A DNA stretch of 64,000 bases from Squalus acanthias. Lineage: Eukaryota. Below the pieces are notes generated by a model that had not been told where the DNA came from, made no database searches, and saw only the letters and a list, made by a program, of their open reading frames with translations. Positions 12,146 through 27,048 of the stretch are shown here, piece after piece; the first letter of the stretch is position 1, and every line of letters begins with the position of its first letter. The translations under genes and the position numbers were made by a program. The stretch lies in NCBI GenBank assembly GCA_030390025.1, contig CM059432.1, positions 101,124,001 through 101,188,000 on the forward strand. The letters are read 5' to 3'.

Positions 12146-14029
12146 ACCCTAATTCAACCAATTATTGGGGGTAAGTCCAATGAACTTACGTTACATTGCA
12201 ATTTCCAAATAGTAAAATGGTGTACTCAACTGGAGTTATAAATCACAATGAAAGCCGATTTCCAAAAATCTTATTGCCTTCAAGAAAAACGTAAATTCTA
12301 TTCTGATGTACCTGAATGCTTTCCTCTCACATTGATGCGCATTACAACATGCTAAAAAAATCCCAATGCATCATATTGTAATGCATTTATCTCAATATAC
12401 ATAATTCACAAACACAATAATGACATTTTATTGTTAGAATTGACATGTGTTCAACATGAATATATTAATGTCAGCAGGCCCCAGAGGATGGAAAAATGCC
12501 ACATGACTGAACATTCCAAGAACCATTGCAGTTCTACGCAGGATAGGTAACTACTATTCCAAAAGGTCACAGTTACATATGAAATAGGATTGAAAGATAG
12601 TCATGGAGTTCAAAAAAATGACACCAGTGATAAAAGTGTGGAAAAGAAACAATTTTTATTTCAACAATTAGAAATATACTACAGGTAAATACATTATATT
12701 AAATAGAAAATGAGTATACAATAAATCACAATTATCTCACTACAATCTAAGATAGTAACTTGAACCAATCAGGCGATTATGTACAAAAAATGTTGTGTGT
12801 GATGTTTATAATACCACAGTAATTTTGTGCAAGAATTATATGTACCAAAGCTAAACCGTGCATTGCTATGGAAACAAGCAGTAAGATCATTATGTCAATG
12901 TATATGATACATTGACATGATGACTATACCGCAATCTTCTCCAGAGAAATAGCTCAAGCAAATGTGGAAAGACTACACCATGGAGCAGTGTAGAAGAAAG
13001 TTCCTACTTTTGACCTAAGGTAATGAACAAGTTAACTGGAGAGCCCCTATACCTTGATGACTATGCCAGCCCAAATGGTATATTATTAGACAGTCTCATC
13101 ATGTCAATGTGCATCAAAGTGTAGACTGCACAGTCACATGGAAGTTCTTAATAGCCGACTTGCACAGGCGTGATTCCTCCGGTGCAAAACTCTGTGAGGT
13201 CAAGAGTCTTAAAGAATCTCCCTTGATGTGCCATTGAAGATCATCCTGTTTATTTCCAGAACCTCTAGACAGGCCCCGTGGAGGACCTACCCAGTAGAAA
13301 TTTACAGCAGCACGTTGTGTACTCCCATCATTCGAAGGCAACTATTCGATGGTTAAGCATATTCCATTTGATCCATATCATTGTCCTCAGGGATGGTTAT
13401 GACCTTGTGAAAGATGTAGAAACCTGAATGAGGACTAATCCTCTGTGGAGACAAGGACAACATTATGCAATATATTCTGTAAGAATACACATTGTGCAAT
13501 TTATTACTGTATTATGCAATATTTTACTTATTTGTACTGGAAATGAAAGAAGAACTCTATCAATGCCATACTGAAAGAGAATAATGTGTAAGTGTAGTGG
13601 AAGTGAGGAATATTTACAAAGGATTTCTGCAGGTTTAAAGACCGCAAATTAATATTGGCATTCTACATTGGGTACAATTTATACATAACATTGTTCATCT
13701 ACTGAGAATTTGCTTAAAAAGATAAGCGTGTATTTAGCACTTACCAGACTGATGAAACTTTGAGGATGAAGTTTATTCCTCAGAGACGAGATTGACCAGC
13801 ATTTCTAATGTTTCCTCCAGCCATGAATGCCTTTTCTTGTTGTGACTGATCCTCCTCAGTATACTTTTAAGTTTTGAGTATTAAAAGCTACCTTCTTTAT
13901 TGGGTGGGTGGGTGCACCATTGCTTCTGGGAATGGTGGAGGATGTGGGCTGGCGCTTGAGATTGGGCTCCCCTATTGGTACACGGACTGGAGGGATAATC
14001 TGCACACCTGGTGTTTACCTGCCTTTTTC

Positions 14030-14400
14030 TTCCACCATACTCCCGGGCCACTGGAGCCTTCTCCGTTTTGCTAATTTCCAGGCTTCCCTCCCCCTCTCCT
14101 TTCTCCCGTAATTATTCACTTGTCCTGTGGGTCTCAGACACATCTGTTGTTTCTCTAATTTCTCTCATTATTGCCTCCTTTTTGTCTTGCACCATCATCA
14201 CTTATGTCATTTAATCATCTCCCGACATCCACCCTGCCTGCCCCTTTTCCCTGGCTCTGTTCTTCCTTATAAACTGTGCACCCGTAAAATCTTCTGGTTC
14301 TGACGAAAGCTCATGGACCTGAATCATTAACCCTACCTTCCTCTCTTCCCTGATGCTGTCTGACCTTCAGTGTTTCCAGCATTTTCTGTTTTCATTTCTT
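14030..14400 (+). mobile_element. Penelope-type 3' fragment (second family) ending in a degenerate hammerhead motif
   Basis: ggttctgacgaaagctcatggacctgaatcattaac...gatgctgtctgacc...tttccagcattttctgtttt at 14296-14397. The left boundary is approximate. Confidence 0.6.
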
Positions 14401-17400
14401 TATTGCTACCCTGTGACAATCAATGAACTTCATGCATTCTCTTGCTTTATTTTGCAATCATTGTCAATCAACATATTTGTTCCTCTAGAGTAATTAGTGC
14501 TGATGACATCACAAAAACGGGCTTTATATTTTATGAACTGTTCCCCCAAAAAAACAATTTATATTCAGTAAAACGTGGTCTGATATGTCTTTATGGATTC
14601 TATTATGTATTTGTATCATCTCTTTGAATGATGTGACATTCGCTGGCCTGGAACTTGTGGTCCTGATGACAGTGAACTGGTAGCGTTCGCCATCATTTCA
14701 CCTTTGAAACTGACCGCGACTTCAGGATTTAGCGCATGCGCAGCCTAACGAGGAAATTCTAAGTTGCGTCGGTCATTCACTTACCTCCGCAGGCTGCACT
14801 GTGGCCCTCCCTTTCCGCCCGCACCCCCCCCCCCCCCGCCGACCCACCCCCCCATAGAGCCGGCAATCAGTGAAATCACTGATCTGATGAAAACTTCCAT
14901 TTTTCCGAACAAATATCGCTGTGAGAAACCCCATAAAAAGTTAGACCCGTTCAAATGAGGTGTAACTGGGTTTTTAATGGCAATCTGAGTAATAAGTACT
15001 GATAAACAACCATTCAGGCCCTGCAAAACTAATTTTATATTGGTGAAATGTCAAATTTCTCCATTAAGTTAAAAATAATTAGATTTTAAAATTAATTAAA
15101 AATATATATTTTAATAGTTTGTTCGTGATATTTCAGCTTCTACCTTAACTCAATGTGTAAGTCCCAATCTTTATTTTGCTCTCTGTAAAAATATTTAAAA
15201 AGTGAATGATTATTCGCGCTATTTCCTGGTTTCCTGTCTGTGAGAATTCTGCAATGTGATTGTAGATGTCACAGCAGCTCACACTGTGGGATTCCCACTA
15301 AACTATGCTGATCTCAACTGCACGTCGATTGCTGAAAGATAATTAGGCAAAAGTTATTGCAATGTCAAATAGCATTTTAGTAAAGTATTTTTGAAAATAC
15401 TATTTTAGATTAAAATAAGATGAGCATACACCAAATCCTTCAATTAGTTAATTTTGCAAATGTATTTTCAAATAAATGAACACTCACATAATGCTGCACG
15501 TTAACTGAAGTGGCCTAAGGGGGGGATTTATCTGAATGCAGAGTAGCCAGAAATAATTAGATCAGCAGAACAAATATAAATAATCTTTTGAAGAGCTTTA
15601 ACGTTGAGTAATGCGGTGGTTGGTATAAATTTGGAATGAAAAATACCAGCTGAAAGTGGCACAATGCGCTTCCATTTCCAATGACTTTTACGGACAGGCT
15701 TAAAAAAGGCAAAGCAAAACAAAAAAAAAAATATGTTGAGCCTTTCCTATTTTAAAATGATAATGATTCACTACTTCTGGAATTGTAAACCTGGGGAAAT
15801 ACTCAAATATGCCTGGCAACCAAAACCCTAACTTGTTATTTCTGTAGCATCATTTGATTCAGCCTTATAACTGGTGGAAAAATACACCATTTTGAGAAAC
15901 TTTATCTTGCATTCCCAACATGCTGATTTGTTTTTGATGGAATAGATTTTGATTTCTCTTAATTTATTCAGCGGGCACGTTTTTCCTTAATGTGTATCAT
16001 AATTCCATTTTACTGCCCAACATAGCTGTAATGTTAAGACTACTGTATGACAATTTGTAAAGACAATGACCAGTTTTAAATGACCAATTTATGAACTATC
16101 ATTTCAGGACCACAAAGTCGTTCTGTAGCCTAATTATTTTTAATGTTGCTGCAATTATGTTTTGAATAATCTTTTATGAATACATTTTTTTTTAACAACT
16201 TATTTGCAAGCAGGTTTGTCAAACGACACCTGCTGTTATGCTACTTAATTTATAAAACAGAAAAGAATGAATTGAATGATCATTAATTTCACTATCACAA
16301 CCATTCTGGATCAGAACTTCCTGTAACATTACTAAAAGCGGGGAGGGGAAATGTCCTCTGGTCATCATGTGTTAACAAGAATGTGGGAAGATTTCCAATG
16401 TTTCCCTAGTACATCCTGGAGGCCAGTTATAGAGGTTATTGGCAGGAGTCTGGGAGCAGGTCAAATATCTAACCTTTTGGCTAGAGGAATGTTAGGCCAG
16501 AGATAAAACTACAGATAAAGGGGCAAAATCATTAATGCATTATAATGAAAGGGTTTTACAATTTTTCTAGAATTAACAATCTGGGGAAACCTTCCCATTA
16601 TGTTTATAATTTTTCTAACACAGCCATAAGAACTTCCAAGGTTTGTAAAATATTCAGCTAGAAATATACTGTAGAAATAACCTTCCAACACTTTGTATAA
16701 AATTGAAGCACTGTAGAAATTTTCTTTTGAACCAGGGTATAAATCTGCTCTGTATTTCTTCCTTTTTTTCTCCCAATATAAGTCTTGCTGAAACACATGC
16801 CTTCTGGAAGCAACACTGCTCATTGACCTCCTCCAATTCCACTCGGAGACATGGGTGATAAGTTTGCAGTGGGTCCCCTTCTGATTATCAATTCCTCCTG
16901 TGCAGAGATGTGTGGCCATCACTCTGCAGCTCCCCAAGGCAGCACAGGTAAAATTCTAAATTTAGTGAGTAGAGCAGTGTCATTAAGTGTTAGCACATTC
17001 ATTGTCATTCTCATGGAGTGAGGACAGACACAGGAACAAGTGCCACTCTACTTTGATCTGAGTCATATCAAGGGGAAAGGGACTGAGTCTAGACTGCTGT
17101 GGTCCTACATGAGGAAAAGCCAATCAGGGACATGGCTGGGTAAATCCTGGCAGTGGCTGGTAGCTCCTGGCGGCCAGCTCCAAAGGTTATTGGCAAAAGC
17201 TTGGGAGCAGCCCATGCATCCACCCCATTGATTGCAGAGATGCCACACAAGGGGATGGAGAAGGGGATAAAAATACAAATTAAAAGGGGGAAATACCTCC
17301 AGAAGAGTTAAAGAACACAGTGAACTCAGTGCTGTAGAGGAAATCACACCCTCCATTTCCAATTCCATAACGTTGGTACCTTAATATACTGTTCCATCCT

Positions 17401-17754
17401 GACCGAACTATGAAATGTTTATAATCCATTCTGAGCTCAAAACAAAATACTTCACTCATCCTCACACAATCAGTTCAAAAAATGACAAGCGTATAGCTTA
17501 CAAATTCCTGTCGATGATATTAACGGGTAAATGCTCAAATCGTTCATGACATTCTTCTGTCTGCTATTTTAAATAGATTTTAAAATCAATGATATACAGA
17601 AACCTTAAAATTAATTACAGTTAAGTTCTTTCCAGATGTAAACATGATAATTGTTTCCATCCATTTATTCAAAATAGCCTCTTTCAATATAAAGCTACTT
17701 TAGTAACCTAATTATAATGCACACTTGGCATTGGTGCAATATGATCCTTTACTA

Positions 17755-17950
17755 TACATAGAAACATAGAAGAAAAAGAGGAGGAGTAGGCCATTCGGCA
17801 CTTCGAGCCTGCTCCACCATTCAATATGATCATGGCTGATCCTCTATCTCAATACCATATTCCCGCTCTCTCCCCATAGCCCTTGATGCCTTTTGTGTCT
17901 AGAAATCTATCTATCTCCTTCTTAAATATATTCTCCTTCTTAAATATATT
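17755..17950 (-). mobile_element. Short CR1 3' end fragment
   Basis: catagaaacataga...ggagtaggccattcgg...tcatggctgatc, the same tail as 58862-59050. Confidence 0.75.
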
Positions 17951-19329
17951 AACATTAACAATACAATGAAACCCTGCCATTTTTGCAGAAATCAGAACTT
18001 TGTCCTCAGAAGCTTATTCACTTGTAAAAGTTTGCCTTGAATCACAAGTCCTGTACATTAGCTGGGTGTGAAGCTAACCAATTAAACTATAAGTTTCACA
18101 GCGTGAAGAAAAAAATTAAGTATCCATTTATCACATTATTCATTTTCTAAAGATGATTGCATCAATTCTAATCCTTAATAGACAGAAGCAGTAAGCAGTG
18201 CAATGTGCACTTGTAAGTAAGCATGTGTGGACTTCTGCCTTCTCATCACCCAGCAAGTGTTTTAGTTTTCTCCCGACTTTGTCTGAGTTTGATAACTCAT
18301 GCTGGGGTACTGTTTCATGCGTGTGTGGTGCACTCCAGTACCTTGTTCAGTGGCCATTCATCATATCTGAACCAGACAGCGGATGTTGGTAGGGGACCTG
18401 ACTATGCAGGGCATCACAGCTGGGCCCCATCCTATCCTCATCCTACAGCCACAAATGAAATTGAAAAGGACTTCTTGTGATCATCGGGGTGAGGAATGTT
18501 AGTGCTGAGAAATGAAACACTTTCCATTTCTGGTGCCCAGTGCCAGCATCAAGCACGATTAGATGCAGAGTAAAGCCCTCACTATAACACACTAACAATG
18601 TGCCTCAGCTGCAACTTCAGATGAGCACCTCTACTTCACTAGTCTGACTTTTTTTTAATTTCCCATACCAGCCACCCTGTCATCTCTCTAATTGAGAGTA
18701 ACAGTTTAGAGCAGTCATGTGCTGCGGGCTATGGCCATTTAGAACCAGATTGAGGCTACCCAAAGTCCCACCAGTCTGGGCTGCATCTGAACCCAGATGC
18801 CACAGATGAAAGGTCAATGCACCAACCAGTCCCCTGAAATCCAAAATTTATTGTCCATTTTTTCTTTCTCAACATAGGAGGATAGAGGTCTAGAAATCCG
18901 ATAAAGCCCGAAAATGGGCGGTGCCACCACGGGTGGAGGTTAACTCGCACCCGTAAAATGAGCGCAAGTAGCACCATTATTTTAGTGCTGCCAGCTGATT
19001 TAAATGATTCCAGTGCAGAACCTACTGTGCAACGCGCTGCTTCAGGGGGAGGCCCAATGTAGCGTGGCCGTAGCATCCCTGAAGCGAGGCAGCACTTTCT
19101 TAAAGCTAGGCTGTCATTTTAGAAAGCAGTCTTGCGCCCATAAAGGGGAACTGCATTCTAAAATTAAAAAAATAAAAATCATTCAAAAATAGGCGGTCTT
19201 TAGCCCTTGGAGCTCAACTGCCTTCTGACAAAAATTAAAAATAATTCCAAAATGGCAGTCTTCAGATCTTAAAGCTGAACGGCGTTCTGCACATTAGAAA
19301 ATGGTAAAAATGCTTCAGCACTAACACAA

Positions 19330-19560
19330 ATGGCTCAACAAGCCAGGGAAAGGGCACCCAGGGTCTCGCATGCAGCACTCCAGCTTTGCGCAGGGGATCA
19401 ACACTGGAAGAGAGATCCTCTACCCACAAGCGACCAGGAGTCCCTCCAGAAAGAAGGTTGTGGGACCAGATCACTGAGGCTGTCACCCCAGGACCTAGCT
19501 CCAGTGCCCAAGGAGGTTTCATGACCTCCGACCAATGGTCAAGGTCAGTAAATGCATCTT
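19330..19560 (+). pseudogene. Remnant of a Harbinger/PIF Myb-SANT DNA-binding gene
   Basis: MAQQARERAPRVSHAALQ and, in another frame, RRLWDQITEAVT fit the RAPRFS..L...W..IA..V pattern of Harbinger Myb-like proteins. Frameshifted. Confidence 0.55.
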
Positions 19561-20427
19561 CAAAAGCCATCTCTCACCAACTGTACTACTAGCCTCACAC
19601 ACTGCTCAATGCAAGAACCGCCACCCCCACCCACCCCCTCTCCCCGCCATCACTCGCCTACTAACAATCTCTACCAAACACAAGGTACTATATTTGTACA
19701 GGACTTTTTGGGATATGATTTATCCAGAGGATATAATCAATGACGTAATGCGTTCCTCTCTTCTATGCCTCAAATATTCAACACTCAAACAGTAAGGATT
19801 ACCCACTTCCTACAGTTTGTAGATCGCAGCTGGTGGTACATCTTGTGCTAATGTATGAAAGTAATTTAGCAAATTAGCACACATTCTCAAGTATTGTTTT
19901 ATGCACCAATTAATATTGGAAGCATCTGTCTGCCCAGTGTCATTTATTATTCAGTTTAATGTGATCTTGGAATTCAACTCTTAAACAACAACATTAATTG
20001 AAGTATAAAGTACACATGCAAATTTACAGGCAAGTGGATTTCTTTAAAAGAAGTTCCAGACAATTTGCCTCGGAGCAGATTTAATTATCATATATGTTGT
20101 ACTGGAAAAAGAAACTTGGGGATTATGAGAATGGGATTGCCTCATTTTAGAACTGATTATTAGCCAGCACCATTGCTGAACTGGCAGATGAAAACACTTT
20201 AAGCAAAAACAGTATCAGAGTATTATCTTGTTAAAAGTACAGTGAATAAGTAATCCTAATTCAGATATTTGTGAACAAATGGAGCATAGCTAGTATGAAT
20301 GAGAACATTTTATACAATCTCTTGCTAATAGATACAGCCTAATAGAGATATTTTGGCCTGTTTAACACCATTTTATCATGTAATGGAAACCAGCTGTGAG
20401 AGAGTGATAATAAGTTCAGTTTGTACA

Positions 20428-20886
20428 GTGTCAGCTGTGGCTCAGTGGGTGGCACACTCGCCACTGAGTCAGAATGTTGTGGGTTCAAGTCCTATTCCAG
20501 GGACTTGAGCACATAAATCTAGGCTGACACTCCAGTGCAGTGCTGCACTGTCAGATGTGCCGTCTTTCGGATGAGACGTTAAACCGAGGCCCCGTCTGCT
20601 CTCTCAGGTGGACGTAAATGATCCCATGGCACTATTTTGAAGAAGAGCAGGGGAGTTATCCCCGGTATCCTGGCTAATATTTATCCCTAAATCAACATAA
20701 CAAAAACAGATTATCTGGTCATTATCACATTGCTGTTTGTGGGAGCTTGCTGTGCACAAATTGGCTGCCGCATTTCCCACATTACAATAGTGACTACATT
20801 CCAAAAGTACTTCATTGGCTGTAAAGTGCTTTGAGACGTCCGGTGGTCATGAAAGGCGCTATAGAAATGCAAGTCTTCTTTCTTTT
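20428..20886 (+). mobile_element. tRNA-headed DeuSINE (SacSINE1/AmnSINE1-like) with L2-derived tail
   Basis: A box tggctcagtgg and B box ggttcaagtcc. Deu-domain sequence cccatggcactattttgaagaagagcaggggagttatcccc...gattatctggtcattatcacattgctgtttgtgggagcttgctgtg. Tail aaaggcgctatagaaatgcaagtc. Confidence 0.85.
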
Positions 20887-22707
20887 TATGGGACATATCA
20901 CCATTGATGAACATTACTGTACATACTTTATAGTGTTTGTTTAATAGGAACAATTCTAATAAAATAAATACTTTATTTGCCATGCAGGGGGCTCCATAAT
21001 GAGGCTTATATTATACTTAGAACAGGGATGCAGTTAAAATAAGTCCATAGTAATAAGCAGGATAATAGTATTTTTGTTTCATTTCATACGAGGTTTAATA
21101 CAATTCAGATTATGTGCTATTACGCCGCATGCAGTAAAATATCTATATAACCTCTCCATAATTAACATTTAATAAAAGCACAATGACTCACAAGAATGGT
21201 AATTCCTAGAACCATAAACCAGGAACAAGAGAACATGAAATGCTTGGCGGTACGACAGATTTTCAGGTACCAGCTAAGCGTGAATATTGTAAGCATTTGC
21301 TTTAATTCCTGGCTACCAGTGATAGAAAGTGAGGGCATGATTTTTCCTATCAAAAATACACTTCATTTAAGAAGTAGGTTATGGTTTAAATAAAATGGTA
21401 CGACTGAATGTTACTCTATAACCATCTGCTAGATCTTATTTTTTTAAATGACATAACAGAGGCTGGAGGCAAATGTAATGATGGCAAGTGTCACACTAAT
21501 TTGATCCTAATACTAGTTGTCACGTGCATAGAAGGATGAGAGAAATTTTACTGAGGTACCAAGGAGCAAATCACAGTTAACTTGTGATCTGATACATGTT
21601 CCATTAATTCTGGTTCACCAGTTGATGGTTAATTCTGCTTTCAAATTTCTGTATACAAAGAATAGAGGTCCAGGTGAAGACACTGTCCAGGAGAGAGCCC
21701 CACAGGCTGGAGGAGTAGTGTGTGAAGCTTCACCACTGGTGTTCAGCACAATTATTTTGGATTGATAAAGAACTTTGAGGTGCAACTGCAGCAGCGCTTG
21801 TTTCTCGAGTACAGCAGTCCCTCAATATAATAGGAGCCAAGGAGAAACAAAATGGGATTGAGTAGCCATTGTATATTCAGCCTGTGCATGGTTCACGTGG
21901 TATGGCAATTTCTGAATATCTTTTAACTCATCCCCAAAAAATATACGATCAATAAACAAAAAAAGATTGACCTACATTCTTAATATCTGAACCAAAGTAT
22001 TTAAAAGCAGACTGTGTCGACCAAATCTGAACAATTGCATGGTTGTGCATTGCCAGGTTTGCTTACCTGTCTATTGCAGGATAGGTTTAAGGGTTAGACT
22101 ATAGCCCAGAAATTCCTGGGTAGGCCTTGGGGAGGCAGATCTGGGGTGCAATGGCACTGCCACTGGCCCACTGCCAGTGTCCCTGACCCTGTCAGTAATC
22201 CTAGGGTCAGGCTACTTTTTAAGTTGTTTCTAACACATCTGGAATGCCTGTTTAATGGGAAGAAAGAATGTTGTTATGGCACCTTGGTTAGTGGGCCCAT
22301 GAGGCTCTGGTGGGGCATCGGAGAAATTAAACAAAATACCTTCTTCTGCCGGTTTTGGTAATGCAATCGATAATTGATCACATTCAAGAATCCGGTCTTG
22401 GAATGTATAAATTCCACTCATCTCCCCCTCATGTCTCGAGCTACACTGGATGCCAAGCACTCATGGGCACCCCTGGCATACAGTGCTGCTAAGGGTGTAA
22501 ACGGGGGGATTACATTGTATGATCTTTTCCTTTAGATTATAATAAGCCTGCTTATTTGTGGGTGGGTGGGTATATTATGGGCCCACCTTCAAAAGTGTTG
22601 GGATTTTCAATGATCCAGTAAAGGGCATCCAACTGCCACAAATGTGCTGTTAACTGCAGCTCATTGTGTGATATAGCAAGTAGTGGTGGCTCTGACAATA
22701 TCTCCAG

Positions 22708-22924
22708 TGATGCGGAGATGTCGGTGTTGGACTGGGGTGGACAAAAGTGAGAAGTCGCACAACACCAGGTTATAGTCCAACAGTTTTATTTGAAATCACA
22801 AGCTTTCGGAGCTGCTGCCCCTTCGTCAGGTGAAGTCTTCACCTGACGAAGGGGCAGCAGCTCTGAAAGCTTGTGATTTCAAATAAAACTGTTGGACTAT
22901 AACCTGGTGTTGTGCGACTTCTCA
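22708..22924. mobile_element. Miniature Penelope-derived hairpin insertion (two inverted pLTR ends, hammerhead on each strand)
   Basis: Arms 22748-22835 and 22837-22924 (88 bp, 1-nt loop, one mismatch). The same one-sided extension tgatgcggagatg...ggacaaaa as the 2989-5724 element. TSD atatctccag at 22698-22707 and 22925-22934. Confidence 0.9.
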
Positions 22925-25139
22925 ATATCTCCAGTGTTCTCTTTCCACATTTGGTGAAGTGAACACTCCCATCGCAGTTCAGATATTTATACCAAGATAT
23001 TTTCAGCAGCTCCATTTTTTTCTACCAGACTACAGAGTAATTTCAGTGTGATGGATGAGGAGGACGATGACCAGGGATTTACTTGAGAAAGTTTATGGAG
23101 TGTCCCTAAGACCTGTATTCTTATCAGCTGCAATATTTGGATGCTACATGTTATCCTGGTTTATTTCTGGACTGTATTGCGTTCAGGATCAAAAGATGAG
23201 TTTCTCTGTACCTTGCCAAAGAAGCCTACAATATTTTTTTAACTGGGCAGGTACATGCTTTGTAGAATACGAACGTTGTTGATGGTAACAAGCAGGGTCA
23301 AGGTGTCGTGAAGATTACCACTCCTCGTGGCATTTCCAACTATCTTCTTTAGTTGATTATCCTAGCTGAGTTCAAATGGATGTGATTACCAAGAAGAGCT
23401 GAGTGTCTGCAGCATACTCTTGGGATGAGGAACTCCCTATCAGGAGAATTACAGGCACAAACCAAAGTCCTACCACCTGTGGAACATCAGCACCTTTAGG
23501 GATACTTGCCCTTTATATCTTAGCTAATGTTTGCGAGCACTGAAAATCTGAAATGCAGATTCAAAATTATTCTTTACAATATATATCACCAATAAATGGT
23601 ACAAATGGATTGTATAGTTACCCAGTGAGTTGTGCACTGAGTAATTCTATTCCACGAGGCACAACAGTAAAACAATTTTAAAAGCGGTTAGTAAAATAGA
23701 AAAAAGTAAAAGATCCAAAATTGTTTATCCTGGACTTTCTACTGGCTAGATCAGGTCAAGGCAAAACTGAAATTTCCTCTTAAATCTTTGGTCCTGCTCC
23801 CTCAGTAGGTTATTGTAGCATACCCTACAGTAAGTTCTTCTTTAAGTAACATCACAGAGAATTTTGCCATTTTCTTTTTTAAATGATAAAATACTCTAAT
23901 AGTAATTTTACATCTCGTTTGAATAGTAGTTTTTTTTCCTGACATAATTGAGACAAGATAGAGATTCAAATCCAGTCAGGTTACGCCATCCTATCAGTGG
24001 CTTATGGTGGTATACTACATTAAACATTGGTGAGATGTCCATTGAAGATTTCTGGAGTGCACCACATGCAGGGGCACATTTATGTACTTTGACAAGATAA
24101 CCATGACTGTTTGTTTGCATTCTATTGATTCAGTCTACAGGATACCGGTTTCAGTTAGCAGTGGGATGCTGTGTGAGTTACACACCTGACTTTATGTTCC
24201 CTTCGGACACTGTCCTAACCTCTAACACTCAGGAAGAAACAACCTTTTAAAGACAGCATTATTTTGCCTGGGGTAATAAAAAGCACTACCAAGATAATCT
24301 CCTGTGCTTGTTACTTTAATCTAACACTTGTCTACTAGTGTAGATTACCTTTCTGATTTCTCATTGTAATGTTTAAATAATTATCTTCCTGAACATTTAT
24401 CACTAAAAATTGTCCTTTGTTTAAATAGTTTGAAGGAAACTTAAAAAACATCAAAAAATAACAGTGTACTTCAGAACAGCAAAGAAATGCAATGATGAAT
24501 GAACCAAAGGATTGAGATTGGTCCCTTCCTGACCATTCTACTTGCTATAAACCAGGGGCAATCTCTGTGATAATGTTCAAAATACCCCACGAAGGGCTAT
24601 GTTTTGGTTGCAATTTCTTTGCTGTTGTTCTGATTAGTCATTTCTCGGCTTCACCTATGTATCTCATTTGACAAACTGCCCATCAGCAATTTTCTGTAGT
24701 AATTTATAAATTGAGGGATCTAACCGACTTATTTTGAATGGGAATCGCTGGGTACTGACAACAGAATTTTTTCCTCTCCTTTACAGTTTGTAAGGGACAT
24801 ACAGGAGCTCACAGGAAACCAACAGTGCATTAACTGGTTTCAGCAGGAGTCAGGGAATCCCTGCTATTGCTGCATTGATTATAGGTTTACCAGAAAAAGC
24901 ATAAATATGCAAGATTTATCTTTGGGTCACAAGAGAGGCAGAGCTAAGAAAAACACTGCTCTGCACGGACAATGGCCACTGACCTTTACTCGCAAACTTT
25001 GCTGGTGTAAAGTTGTCTTTGCACTTTGGAGGCTTTCAAATTGTAATTAACAGTCCAAGAAACTTTGGATACAGATACAGACAGTGCTATTAATTTTTAC
25101 TTTAAACGTTATAGGTTAGACATTTCCCAGAGACGGCTA

Positions 25140-25376
<237 letters not shown>

Positions 25377-27048
25377 TTATTATTATCCCAGTTCATTTTC
25401 CTCCTTTAATAGTCATCATCTAAATGGACCAGTGTCAGTAGGGTCAAATTTAGAGGAACCTGGAAGGAAAGGAGGGATATTAATCTTTGCACAAGGTAAG
25501 CTGTTCAAAATAAAATGCATTAACCAGACAAAGATGAGTGACTTATGGCTCTAGCCAGCTTTTGTGATCAACATAACAAGTTTGTTGCATTTTTTTGACA
25601 TCTTACCATGGTCCAAATGTGTTTTTTGAATGCATGTATATTGTTGAATTAAATGTCAATATTACACAAAATCTACTTGTTGTCTTAAATTAGGAGAGTA
25701 AAATTACTCAGGATACTGCACTTGTGGTTTGCAACTGATTGTGAAAAAGTCATACTGAATTCCTGGGCAATGTTAACATTAAGGCTAGTGCACTAATACT
25801 ATTTGTAAATAATTTATTCTAACCGGTAAGTAAATAGTCACCCGAGCGCTCTCTGTTCTATTTATTCCCATTACAACCTTTTAACATTGCACAATAAATT
25901 AACAGAATAGAATGCTACAGCGCAGGAAGTGGCTACTCAGGCCATTTGGTCTGCATCAAAGTTTAAGTTAACAATGGGGCAAACTAGTTTTATTAATGAC
26001 ACCTGTCGAATCTATTCTACTCTCTTTATCTGGTTGGATAATATTATTTCTATATCTTATCACTTGAAAGGCTACATCAGGGCCCAGGCGTTCTGCCAGA
26101 CTGAGGCGTATCTCCAGCATTGCAGGTTTCCCCCCCGCCCCAGAGATGCTCACTTATCCTGGTCATATTTTTATACTCCGAGTCAGGTACATATGGGAGG
26201 GGACTCCCTGGATTTCACTGGGGAGTCGTACTCGTATGGGAGCAGAGAGTTGCTGTGTCAGGCCTAAGGGCATGCTGCAGTAAGAGAAAGAGATGGCCAG
26301 CGAGCTGCCTGGTTGTGACAAACTTGAAAATTTTGCTTTGAACCAATGGGGCCTATACACAGCTGCGCTTCGATGACACTTACACAGGCCCCTCTTCAAT
26401 TTTGGTGCAAGGCCCCCTCCACTGATATTTGAACACTGAATGCCAGGGCTTAGCAGATTCTTTCCTCAATTACTTGGACTTTACATATACCTGCTCACAT
26501 TGGGGCAGCCATAGCCTAATGGGACCAGTCCACAGAAAATGGCTGGGATGCAGGGATTGCTTTCCAATTCTGTTTACCCTAGATCATCAGAAAAAACAGG
26601 GGGGGGAGGCAGGAAGCTTAAGCCATGTAGCGTCTCCATTGTTGATGGATCAGTGTACATTAAACCTTACAGGGATTTTATTAGCCACTACATCACATTC
26701 GACTGTATAGTCCTGGATTTTCAACAAATGTTGCAAATGGTTTGCCGCTTCAATAGTATTTAATTCTGCCATTCACTTTCACTCAAAGTAACAGCTCACT
26801 GCGATGGAGCTGCCATCATTTAACAGATCCATTACCACAAATCTCACCCTTCTGCGGCCTTGACTGAGCAAGTGTGACATCTGACTAAATCAGTTGGATA
26901 ACTTTAAGACTGCCTGGTCTGTCTAGCAGGACAGGTTACCGTTCTGTCATTATTTATGTTCCATTTCATACAAACTAAAATAAATACAACACTGAAAAAG
27001 TTCAGAATGAAATAAACACTAAACAAGCACCTCTGTTTTTAAAACTCC

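Noticed and set aside
13053..13445. Candidate extra CSMD3 exon (good acceptor ttgtccttgtctccacag on the minus strand, donor at ~13052)
   Set aside because: The required phase-1 frame hits stops from either acceptor and shows no similarity to CSMD sequence.
16654..16937. Minus-strand ORFs with ELEEVN, faintly like the mammalian CSMD3 insert
   Set aside because: Only a few residues match and there are no suitable splice sites; chance similarity.
17914..17949. 18-bp tandem duplication tctccttcttaaatatat
   Set aside because: Ordinary slippage at a CR1 truncation point.
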